Below are positions 27,001 through 38,000 of a stretch of 64,000 nucleotides of DNA, piece after piece. A program made the position numbers and the translations under genes. Source of the DNA: Amoebophrya sp. A120 (lineage: Eukaryota > Protista > Dinoflagellata). Each line of letters starts with the position of its first letter. Position 1 is the first letter of the stretch. Under the pieces are notes generated by a model. It did no database searches. It saw only the letters and a program-made list of their open reading frames with translations, and was not told the origin of the DNA. The DNA is taken from positions 7,656,743 through 7,720,742 of the forward strand of contig CAJINV010000002.1 in the NCBI GenBank assembly GCA_905178155.1, read 5' to 3'.

Positions 27001-30000
27001 GAGTGGGCGCGGCGCGCGCGAAAATTTTTTTTCGGCCGGCCCCTGATAGCAAAAGGAAATAAGGAAGCATCCGCCCCCTGCTCGGGCCAGGGTGTCTGCG
27101 TGCGCGCGGCGCTCCAAATTTTTCTCCCGGCCACAGAGCAATACAGAATGGGCACGCGCATACCATCACCACTGTCAGCGACGGCGCCTAGGGAAGCGCG
27201 CGCGGTAGGCGCAATGCCATTTTCCCGGCGCCAAGCGCAGGCAGAATACGAGAGGACGCCCGCGCCCCTCCAAAACAAAAATCCGAAGCGCGCACCGTGT
27301 GCCAATTATTGTTTTCAACAAAGAGCAGCGAGAACATCTATGAGAGTCAGAATGTCTATGCGTGAGAATCTCTATAGCGTTTTTAGAAGTTCTATAATAT
27401 TTTTTTTTTCTAGACATCCACTCCAACATCTCGTAAAAAAACACTCAAAAATTTCGTGCGGAGTTGAAGATACAGTGAGAGTGTGGGTGACAGGTTTTAG
27501 TACAAAATCGTCAGATCCTTGCGCTCTCAAGATAAAAAAACGAAACTCAGGTACAGTGGCCATATGGTCATGCAGAGCTCGTAGGCGATCGGCGCGGACA
27601 GGGCCCCCAAACGGCCGACGGCCATGCAGGTGGCCGCCCCGCAGGTGCGGATTTCCGTCGGGTACAGTTCGCAGCTGAAAACGTACAGCACCGCGAACCC
27701 GAGATGTACGGAGAATTTGGAGACGATGAAGCCAAGCTGCAGGAGCCACTCCAAATGAAACGGCCGGTTGTCGATCTCCTCAGTATCCGGGTCCGGCTCC
27801 ACGAATTCCTGCCGCGTGGCCTCGCGGATGTGGCCCCCGACGTTTTTCGCCCCGTCTATGGCGTAGTCCGCGACCTCCTTCGTTTTGTACCCAACCGCGT
27901 ACGCCCCGTGCTCGATTTTGCTCCCCAGCGACGCGGCGCCCGCCCGCGCGCTAGCGTAGTACTGCCCGATCGTCGAGCTGTTAGTGGTTCCATTCGTGCT
28001 CGCGGCACTAGCGGTCGCACCTCCTGCAGCTGCAGTTGATGTCCCTCCACCAGCCGCTGCGGCTGGCGCCTGTCCCTGTCGCTGAAGTAGGTTCAGCTGT
28101 CTGGTGCCTGGGGCCCGCTTCTTCATCGTGTTCTTCATCTCGTCGGCCTTGTGCAACAAGGACGCCCGCGCCCGACCGACAAAGGCCTCCTCGGTGTTGA
28201 GGCCAGTAAAGGAGGCTCCCAAACCGGACGCCAGGCCAACTTCAAAATCAGAGGTGGTGATGGAGGACGGAGCGAGACGGACGCGCGGCTCTTTTTGGTG
28301 GCTCCGAACCGACTTCATTTGTCCAAGTTCACCGGCTCGATGCTCCGCTGCGGCTGCAGAAAACTCAGGAAAATCTAAATCTTCCTGCAGAAGGGAATAC
28401 TAGCAAAAGCAGAACCTTCCTTGGTTGTGAGCTGAATGAGTCATAAATGCTCAGTGTTGATCATGGGCGATGACGAACAAAGAACCCAGTATTTCTTTTA
28501 CTTTTTTCATTTCTCATCAAAACCATAAAATGCAACACTCAGCCCGATCGAGGTCGCTTAGCTGTATTTTTTCTACGAGGATAGAAAGCAGTGCCACTTC
28601 CGCCCTCGGTTTTTTTGCCCTCCTGTAGTTCCCGTTCGCCGCCCGGAGCAGACGAATCCTCTTCGTCCGCCTCCTCGCCGGCGCTGTCCTCTCCGTCAGC
28701 CTCCTCCTCCTTTCTTGCCTCCGCTTCCTGTTCCGGGTCGTGGTGCTTATCCGACTTGTAGGACCTGCGTCCGGCCAAGTCTTGCCTGTCTTCGTCGTTC
28801 TCCATGCGGTCCAGCGCCGTCTCCCGTCTGTACGCGTTCGCCATGGCGTGCACCTCCGGGCCGTCTGGATCGTAGTTTTGATTTTGCTCTTGTTGTTCAT
28901 CCGACCGCCGAACAGAAGAACTGATCTGACGATTCTCATCCCGCTGCTGCTCTCGTTGTCGTTCGTCATCTTCGGCCGCCAGACCCTGCTGTTGCTCCTC
29001 GTCCTGCTGGTGCTGGATCAGGTTCAGGCTCTTCACGTCTTCGCGCAGCTCCGACGCTTTTTCGGGATCGACCTCAGCTTGTGCGGCTGCAGCAGCTTCG
29101 TCTACTTGAGACAACTCTTCATCATCCTCGTCGTTGTAGAGCATTTCGGAACCGACGGAATCGTCTTCCTCCGCTTCGGCGGCAGAGAGAGCGCCACTCT
29201 TTCTGTTCGCCACCATCTCTTCCTGGAGAAACATGTACGTTCCTTGCCCCAGCCCCGCCGGTCCGTTGCGGCCGAAGGCGTTGCGCGCGTGAAGGCGGTC
29301 AAAGTTGATGTCTGAGAGCTGCTGAAGCTCTTGCAGCTCTACCGGTGCGGCCTGTGGAACATCTACATCTGCATCGTCGGTGGGATAATCTTGAATTCCT
29401 CGAAGTAGAGTGCTAGGAGTCGTGCCGCCTGTATTTTTTGGCACTTCCAACAGAGAGATTCTGTTCTTCTGCAGCTGAGATGTATGATCAACACCGTGCT
29501 CTCTGTCAACGCCACGACCACCGCCTACAACTTGGTTGTGCGCGTCGCTGTCAGGCTTAGCTTCCTGTTGCGCTAGCTTGTTCCACGCGGAACTCTGCTT
29601 CCGCTGGTTGTCTCCCCGCCTGTCCCAAATCAGGGTGGTTCCGAAGTCCGTATCCGCACCCAAGTCCGCGTTGCTCTCGGGCCGCAGGTCGAGGAAAGAC
29701 AGAAAGGGGCTCGGATCATGTTGGTGCAGGTTCGTGGCTGATGAAGATGGACCACTGCCTCTTGTGGTCTCAACCTCCTCTCGTTGGGTGACGGGCGCCG
29801 GAGGAGGCTTACTGTAGATGATAGTGGTTCCCAGTGCTGTGTTGAAGTCGATAATCTTCGCGTTCTTATTTGTGGAAGCAGGGCCAAAACGAGATGAACT
29901 GGCAACAGTTCTTGCACTGTCATCTGCAGCAGCAGCACTCTGGTCGACTACTTGATCTTCTGCTGTGAGCACCTCCAGGCCCCGGTTTTGCAGCAAGGAC

Positions 30001-33000
30001 AGCAGGCGGCCTTTTTCGCCCTTCTTCTCGTCGACGATGATCTTGTAGGGGTTCACGGGCGAAAACGACAACGCGGTGAGGAACAGGAGCACCCCGAGAA
30101 AAGCCAACATCAAGTAGACACACACGCCCGCCTTCCGCGTCATGCGCGAGACGAACATGGTGCCGGCGATGCAGCCCAGCAAGTCCACAAACGCGCCCAC
30201 CATCAGGCTGGTCCCCGGCCGGATCCACAGCGACTCCTGTACGTCCGACATGTTCTGCGGCGCCGCGTACATGAACCCGTAAAACCCAAAATTCACCACG
30301 AAGGCGAGAAAGCACAGGAAACTCGTGATCGGCCAGTACCGCGTGGTCAGCAGCCCGCAGCAAATGCCGATCTTTTTCCGCGGGTTCTCGGCTGACAAAT
30401 CCGGGGGCAGGTGCAAATCCGACGTGTTGCTGCGGAAGGACCACTTCTCGTGCGTGTAAAACAGGTCCTCGTTGGGCTCGTACACCTCGATCTGGCAACG
30501 CCACCAGAAAGGCAGATTTTCCTCCGGCGCTGGAGTCTCAAGAACATCACCCACTGCGAGAGCGCCACTAGCTGCGCCGTCTTGGACCACTTCTTCGCTC
30601 GCAACGAGCTGGCCTGCGTCCTTGTTCTGCTGAATTGGCGATGGCGGGCTCTCAACCACTATGTCTACTTGTTGTTCCGGCGGAGCACCTGGCTGTTGTA
30701 CCGGGGCGGCAGGGGCCCCGGCGCTCTCCTCGACGACCGCCAGCGACCCCTGTAGTTCATCAGCGCCCCCTGCCGCCTCGCCCTCCGCCTCGACCTGTTT
30801 TGGCGCGGCAGCAGCGCTTCTATTGCCTGCCGCCGACGTCGCTGCAGCTTCTTCCACCACGTCTTCGTCCACCGTTGCACCTTCTCCCGGTCCCGCCGCT
30901 TCGCCCTCTGCGACAACAGTCGCAACTTTTGCGGCCTTCTCCGAGCGGTGCGCCCCTTCCAAGATCTGCCCCGGTAGGCGGAAAGACCGACCCGGATAAT
31001 CGCTAGACGAGCTGCTCTGCAGTTGATCCAAGACCTGCCCCACGCGGTTCACCGAATACAGCAAATCCTGGACCACGTTGTCCGTCAAGGACGCGTTCAC
31101 ATCCAGCCGGGCCTCCGCGTGCTCCAAAAGTTGGTGCATAAACTGCAGTTCGCGCCCGCTCAGGTCCAACTCGCTGTTGGCAATCAACTCGTTCGATGCC
31201 GCTCTACTACCGACGGCCGCGTTCGCGATCAGGTCGTGGGTCAGCTGCTGGGCCCGGCCGGACAGGTCCAGCTGGGTGTTTCCAACCAGTTCATTGTTGC
31301 TGATTGTAGCGCCGGCTCCTTCTCCAGCAGCTCGCTGGAGCAGCTGGTCCACGGCACGCTGTGCTGGGTCTCGGGCGCTGTCGGCGGCGCTGTGTAGGAG
31401 CGTGTCGTGCACCTGCTCATTCCCCGAGCTGTCAACATCGGACTCCTGTTGTTCATCCTCACCGTAAAAGTAAAACAAAGGGCGCCCATACTCCGTGTTC
31501 GGGTGCCCGTCCAAGTCCTCCCGTTGCGACGACGCCAGGGCCACCGACCGCGAAACGCCATCGCGCGGGCCGTACGGCTGCGTCGGGTTTTGCTGCAGCT
31601 GCGGGTCGGACCGCGCTGACGTACCTGTGGTCAAGGTGCAGCTTGATGTTAGCGACGTCAACGTTTCGTGTTACGTTCGTTGCAGTTTTATTTTTGTACG
31701 ACAAAATCGAAATAGAAAGATTGACGATCGCGACCGGAGATTTTTGATGTTATTTGGTACACTATTGAATCACACTAACAGGAGACGCTGCTGATGAAGT
31801 CATTTCATTCATAGCGGGTCGTGGTTACCTCCAATGACGTGCAGCGGACGCGGATCCACGGTTCGCACTGAGGACGGGCGTGCCGACGAAATGACCGTCG
31901 GCACGTCGGACGAGGCATCCCCTGTGTCCGGTTGCTGTGCGGCCGCGCTTACAAAGCGCTGCGCGAACGGAACCGAGCGCGTGGGCCGGAGGTTGTTGTA
32001 GGTGGACCGCGAAGCAGCAGCTCCCGCGCCGACTGCTAGCGGCTGCGACGCGGTGCCATCGGTTGTGATCACGCGGCCGCTCGCTCGTGCGTCGCCGTGG
32101 TACCCCGCCAGCACGTGCAGCATGCGCTGCTTCATCTGCGTGAGGGCAGCCTCCATGTCGTTGTCATTTTCCAAATCTTCGACGATCTCGACCGAAGACG
32201 CGGACTCCCCGGCCGAGCCCTCGCCACTCCGCATCGCTTGCTGGGAAGCTGCAGATTTGTTTCGGCGTGCGGCGTTGATTCTTTTCTTCAGCGCCGGGTC
32301 GAGCATATGCCGGTGCCCTGCCTCATCTTCCCCTTCAATCGAGGAACTGGACGACGTTGCGTACTGCGTCAGAGTGCCTGGTGATGTAGTGTTGAGAGGA
32401 TCTTGCGGTAAGCACTTCATTGTTGTCGAAGTTGCAGTCCTTGAATGCGAATGGCCCGGAAAAGGCCACACAAGTGTCGAACAAAAGATAGCATCAGAAA
32501 CCGAAATAAAGAAGGCGCAGGAGCAGGAATCCAGCTGCATGCACCATGCTCGTGGTTGAAACGCGCCTAGTGATTTTCTTTTAGCAAGAAACAGGACACC
32601 GGGATCAGCTACTCGGTACCGGTAGTAGAAACATAATGACAAGGTCGGAAAGTACAAAAAATCAGCATCCTACCATACAGCCGGTTGACGCTCCGTGTCA
32701 GGAAATCTGAGCTTCTGGGATCGTGGAAGTAAAGCATGCTGCCGGGCTGCGACCGCGTTGTGGTGTTGTTGTTTTTCCGTCCCTCGTCCATTCCCCCGAG
32801 CACGTGCAGCTGCGGGTTGTCGTCGAAGAGCGAGCGGGGCTTCTGGATCTTGATCCGCAGCGCCTTCTGATCCACGCCGACCAAGCGGCACATGCCCATG
32901 TCGGGAATGCCGAAATTTGGCCGGTTCATGTCCCGGAAGTAGTTCAGCGCCTCACTCGCCTCGCCCAGCCGGTTGTGGTAAGCGAGCAGAGTATGCAGGT

Positions 33001-34094
33001 GGGGAAAAGGAAAACAAAAATTTTCAATAGTTTCCAATAAATTCTTGTACTCAACGATAGCTCTTGCTTTTCTGTCACACATGCTTTTACTTCGGAAAAC
33101 TTCAAATGTTGTTGTCCATTTTCCACTGCGAATGACGGAAGTTGCTTGTACTGACATGGAACATTCTTTGATCCTCAGTCATCTGACGCGCAACGCATGG
33201 TGTACTATTGTCGTGTAGATTTGTTTCACACATCGTAACAGCGCGGAGACTCCTGCAGGTTGAGGTATCCGTAGACGATGGCGAAAAAGGCGGGAAGACT
33301 GTTTGAAAAAAATTTCACGAGGTATTATTTGCAAGGAAATTTGTCACAAGCGTTTTTAGATTGCATCCGAAGATCAGGCTCTTGAAGTGTTGTAGATCGA
33401 ATGACAGACATCATGACCACAGGTACGTTCCGAGAATGGTGAGCGCGCGCCAATCCAGCTGCAGCATGTTGTCATCGTCCCACCAGACCAGGAAGGCCGC
33501 GTAGAGCTCCCCCACCGCGAAGCTGCACTGCGTCAAAACCACCGTGGCGCGCCAGTCCGTCGGCACGACCTCGGAGATGAACACCGTGGCGACGGGCTGC
33601 CCGATGCCGAACGCGACGCCCATGAGGAAGCGGAAAAAGACGAGCAGCGAGTAGCTTTTGCTCATCACGGACAGGAGCGAAACGAAAAAGACGGAGAGGT
33701 AGGCGATGCTGAGCACGGGTTTCCGGCCCAGCGTGTCCCCGAGAAACCCCCCGAGCAGGTTGCCGAAGAACATCCCGAGGAACACGACGGCGACCACCAG
33801 CCCCCGCTGCCGGCCGTCCAAGTCCCACTCATCCGCGATGGAACGCGTCACCGCGACCAGCAGCAAAATCTGCGCTCCGGCCGCCAGCCACACGTTGGAG
33901 GCACAATTAGTCTGCGTGGCCTGCGCCGGCCCGTACCCGAACAGGTCCAGCCACGCGTGCGTGGGCAGCCGGCGCGTGCCGGAGTAGATCGGATCGATCT
34001 CGTACTCATCCGGGCTGTCCTGGTACCGCTTGCGCCGCCGGTAATCCCTCGCCCGGTCCGGGTCCTTCGTCGTCAGGGCCACCCGGTCGGCCAT
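18072..34094 (-). CDS. Giant MFS transporter (SVOP/sugar-porter-like 12-TM core), ~3,409 aa
   Basis: Exons 34094-33427, 33298-33240, 32988-32674, 32401-31829, 31624-28577, 28353-27555, 23018-21903, 21723-18072; total 10,230 nt, phases consistent. MFS motifs appear in order: GFLGDTLGRK (motif A), FRFLMG, ISEVVP..WR, QESPR, TM7-9 at ~30050-30340, ELYPTEIR..GRLG, TM12 then KEMAG. Six introns are GT-AG and one is non-canonical. Fusion to the last exon is inferred. Confidence 0.8.
19490..21680 (-). repeat. Coding tandem repeat: ~17 copies of a 42-aa (126-bp) unit, consensus ELFVQDQDELHSKEVLRSQSAIEAQRKQDAxxALRDAIxDAK
   Basis: Read directly from ORF 18072..21719. The ~10 central copies are highly similar and the outer copies are diverged. 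Confidence 0.95.
23142..23372. repeat. Three ~33-bp hairpins (CCAGAACCTCTAT..ATAGAGGTTCTGG type) followed by an 8-bp TCTAGAAA microsatellite
   Basis: Perfect 13-bp arms at ~23142-23171. Dense TCTAGA palindromes at 23246-23372. Confidence 0.9.
23430..23810. repeat. 33-bp minisatellite (~11 copies) GGCTCTACGAGAAGCTGGAAGTCCAGCTTCCCC with an internal hairpin
   Basis: Period 33 (e.g. 23461 to 23494). The GAAGCTGGA/TCCAGCTTC inverted repeat is present in the consensus unit and imperfect in some copies. Confidence 0.95.
23880..27300. repeat. GC-rich degenerate satellite of alternating (GC)n runs and A/T tracts, with ~190-220-bp higher-order units at ~25040-26200
   Basis: Recurrent GCGCGCGCGAAAATTTTTT, CCCCGGTTGCGGAAAA, CTACGGGCCAAAAGAAAACTAA, TCTCGACAAGCCCCCGAC and CAGGCCAAGGAAG modules. 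Confidence 0.9.
32988..33238 (-). other. 251-nt non-canonical intron in the MFS gene (exact register +/-1 nt)
   Basis: Removing 251 nt is needed to join QESPR to xLAYHNRLGEA. No plausible in-phase AG follows the polypyrimidine tract. Confidence 0.65.
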
Positions 34095-35072
34095 AGTGTA
34101 AGAACTATAAATGAAACCTTCAAAAGCCGGTATTTCTATGACCTCCTGATGATTATTTCGAGTTCCTGGTCGACGTCGTGCCAATACTAAATCTAAATCG
34201 AAATACAAACCAACGCAACCAAATCAAAATCGCCTTGGTGACTGTGGCGCCTGTGCACGCTTGCTTTTTGCACCAGGCATCAGAAACCCCTGGATAACAA
34301 GATGCTCGATCAACTCCCTAAGGTCCGAGTGAGCTCCTCACCATCTCCCTAGGCCCTGAAACCGCACCGCTGCCCGCGCGTGGATTTGTCACGCAAAAGT
34401 CTTTATTTCTTTGTATTTCTGCTGTTGTTTGTGATTGTGATGATGCTAGATGCCAATGCTGATACCTCCGGTCGTCGCGCGAAAGCATCTCAAGCAGACC
34501 ACCAGTCGGATGAAACACGCCCCAGTAGAAGTCGTTCCCGACGATATTTATCCAACACATCATCCCCAGCCGGTAATGATCGGTGGTATTCTTACTCTTG
34601 GTTCCACTCGGCGCGCTGCTCTCGTTCTGCTAGGAGCGACAACGCTTTCGTTTTGCTTTTGTTACAGAAGTAAACAAGGAATAACCTACGACAATTTGGC
34701 CTATTTTCTTTTCCCTCCTTCGATTTCTTTACACCTGTCACTCCGCAAGCCTCGGACCAACATGATCCGCGACTTAGTCCCCATCCCAACCCAAGGAAAA
34801 GAACATGTGAAGAGTCCAGGAAAACGCCTCACAGAACAGAAAAAGGATGTTGAGGAACAGTAAAAATTTTGTTGCTGTGCTTCATGTTCATAGATATTGA
34901 TATGGCTGCTCGCGTTCCCTGCCTTGTGCCACGCTCAGAGTCAGATCTTGTAGCTGCTTCATACATTACTGATCGTGAAAGTCGCACTTTATTTCATCCA
35001 GGATGGGGTTCGCACCCTAAATCGAAGATGTAGAGCTGAGTGACCAAGAATATCGCTCGGTTGACTACTTAC

Positions 35073-38000
35073 GCCGCAGGTGCAAGAGGAGCGCTTCCAG
35101 AGGCGCCAAAACTCTCGAACATCCGAGAAAGGCTCCGCGCGGAAGCCGCGTCTTTATCTTGATCGTCTCCGTCCTCCATGATCCCGGCTAGTTCTTGGAA
35201 ACCCGTTCTTGCGTCATGTTGTTCGCCTTCGCCCGCAGCGGCATCCAAGTCGAAGTCCGGCATGTCCGCTCCGAGCGTAGCGTCGAGTACGGCAGGGGCG
35301 TCCGGGCCGAAGGTGTACAACATGAGCAGGTGGTAGTCCTGCACGTGATGCACCAGGTTCCGCCACGCATCCACGATCATTTCGTTGTTCGATAGTGTCA
35401 CAAATTTTTGCACGATGTTCTCCAGCTCCTCCTGCTCGAACACCTGACGACTGGCGCCGAACCAGATTTTCGGGTGCGAATCCACCGGCGGAGGTAGCAA
35501 GTGCTGTTGGGCGGCGGGGAGAGATGAAAGTTGATGGCCTTGAAGATGATGCCCCTTCAAGGAGGAAAGCTCCAGCGGTGGAGGCTGTTCGACGAGCGCA
35601 GCTGTACTAGTGGCGCCGGGGCCGGCTGAGGAGAGCGCAGGTGTAATTTTTCCAGCGTTTTTATTCTCGCCCGTAGTTGTACTACTTTCCGCATCCCCCA
35701 CAGCGGCGATTGAAGATGTGGAGGTGGTCGCAGTCAGTAGAGTGGTCGTGATGACGCTTTTGTGCTTCCTACTCGTGGAGGTAGACATTTGGTGTTTCAA
35801 GACCAGGTTGGTGGTCGTGCCGGCTTGTGCTGATTGATGTTGTGCTGCACCACCTGGATATTGAGGCTCCTGTAGCGGTGTTTTATTCCGAGAAAAATCA
35901 CCTTCTCCAAAGGACAAGGATAATTTATCCTCTGTAACGATTTTTTCGTCGTCGAAACGGTCGACGCGTGTCGTTGTAGTAGAGGTGGTGCTGGTGGTCG
36001 TTGTGATTCCGTCGAGACTTTTGTCACGGCCGCTCACCAGTTCCGCCGGCGGAGCACTTTGCTCGGCTCCTCGCCCACCGCCGGTCGCCGAGGACGATGC
36101 GACTGCGGCTGTTGGCGTGCGAAGGTCTACCACTTGTGCACCAGACGGGGGAGGTAGTCCCCCGGTGTCGGCAGCATTACTGTCGAGCACGAACAAATCT
36201 CCCACATCGTCCGGCGGGTCAACAAAGTCGGCCGCCGTCACGCGGGGACTCTTCCGCACGCTCTCCTCAATCCGGGACACATGCTCGGACAATGAATCGC
36301 ATGCTGTGCAAAAGCATCGCAGTCCTCGTTTCGTAGTAATTGCGATCTTGAACGACAAGTGCTGTGGATTTTTCTTTTCCTGAAAAAAATTGTAATTTGC
36401 AATCACGACTACTTCCACGACTACGCTTTTGCAATGCATAATTCAGATCCAAAGAACAGCCCCGGCACCACACCGGACGCGTTCTTGCCGGTGCCGTGCG
36501 TGTCTGTCGGCGTCGAAATCCCGGACGCTGGGCTGTCCGTGTGGTTGCTCCTGCCGGAGGAAAACCGCTGGCTGGGGTGCGGAAGATGCGCCCCAGGAGC
36601 GTGGAAGAGCAGACTGTTGTTGATATTGAATGAAACATTGGTGTTCGCCCCGGTAGAAGACGTATCACCCGGTGCGGCACTTCCGAGTAGACCGCCGGCT
36701 GCACCACCCTGGTTCAATACGACCTGTTGTGCCTGGTGTCCCACTTGCAACTCCTGGAACAGCCGCGGAATCGCCTCGGGGCGGCCGATCTGGTCTTTGT
36801 TTCCAAACAGCCGCCGCAGAAACCGGCGCCCCGTCATTCGCGACGGGTGGTGGTGCTTCTCCCTCTTCCTCTTGCTATGGTGCGCCGATTGTGCTGCACC
36901 TTGGTGAAACTGGGCGCCTCCCGGTGTGCTGCCCGAACCCGACCGCTGCTGATCCAGCATATTAGATGAAGCATGCTGATTGCCATGCTGCTGTGCAGGT
37001 GGCAGAACTGCGGCTCCGCTTGCGCTTTCCCCGGGCATCAAGGTAGCTCCCGTCGGTGCGGAGCTATTGCCAGGGCGAGAAATGTTGAAAAAGCTTTCTT
37101 GCTTGCTGGGATCCCACGCGTTCTCCAGAACCGTTGCGTCAAGCGGGTATGCATCGCAAAGACACGACAACCATGTTAAGTCTCTCGGCCTTGATTTTCT
37201 TTTGCTGTGTCTACTTGGAAGACGTCTGAAGGACAGGTAGATACAGGGTTGGTGTTGCAGGAAGTAGACATATAGACTTCTAAATATCGGTACTGCACCA
37301 GGACAACATATGACTTCTGGAATGACGCAACATGCACAAAATGCTACAAGCATTACCTCTTCTTGTCATCTTCAAAGGACCCAGAGCCTGAACCAAAAAC
37401 ACGTCTTTGCTTCATCCCATAGCACACATTCTCGGATGACGTGCTCCAAAGATTTCCCGGTCGAGGAATCTCCAAGCATCATGGTTTTGTTGATATCCAT
37501 CAAAATCAACAGCTCCACCGCTGATGAGTCAAGTTGTCCATTTGTGTTCCCATGGTCTTTAGCTTTACCAGTGGTCATCTGCTGCTCAACCTCCAAAGCG
37601 TCGAAATCGTCCCCATCGTGGTCTTCTTCGTCCTGCAAGCTGTACTGCGGGACCGGGTACAGGGGGGAGCTCAGGCCGCCGCCGCGTCCGAGCGGGTCCG
37701 CAAGCGGACTGGTGTGATCCACCACCACGCCAGTCAACCGGGGCGACAGAGGGCCGTCGACGGCATCCAGGGCCGCGAGGGAGGTGACCGCGTCCTCCAG
37801 TGAGGGTTTGCGGTCGCGGGACAGTGACCGGTGCTCCCGCGACAGCGAACGGTGCTCCCGCGACACAGACCGGCTGCTGGTTCGCTCGAAACGAGGCGGG
37901 TGCGGCGGCGGGGGCATCTTCGACGACTGGTGCAGGTGCTTGTTGCTACTCGGCTCCTGCTGCAGCTGCGGCTCCAGAGACGAAAACTTACCGTCTTGCT

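Larger units (their letters stand above)
23019..27554 (-). other. 4,536-nt GT-AG intron of the MFS gene, filled with satellite DNA
   Basis: Donor CCA CT|GTACCT and acceptor AAACAG|G CTG join ...MTIWPL-LFYIVVLIL, restoring TM11-TM12. Confidence 0.85.

Noticed and set aside
23367-27305. Many overlapping Arg/Ala/Phe-rich ORFs, including the (LLVEPGKLDFQ)n ORF
   Set aside because: They are stop-poor translations of satellite DNA, open in several frames on both strands and inside an intron.
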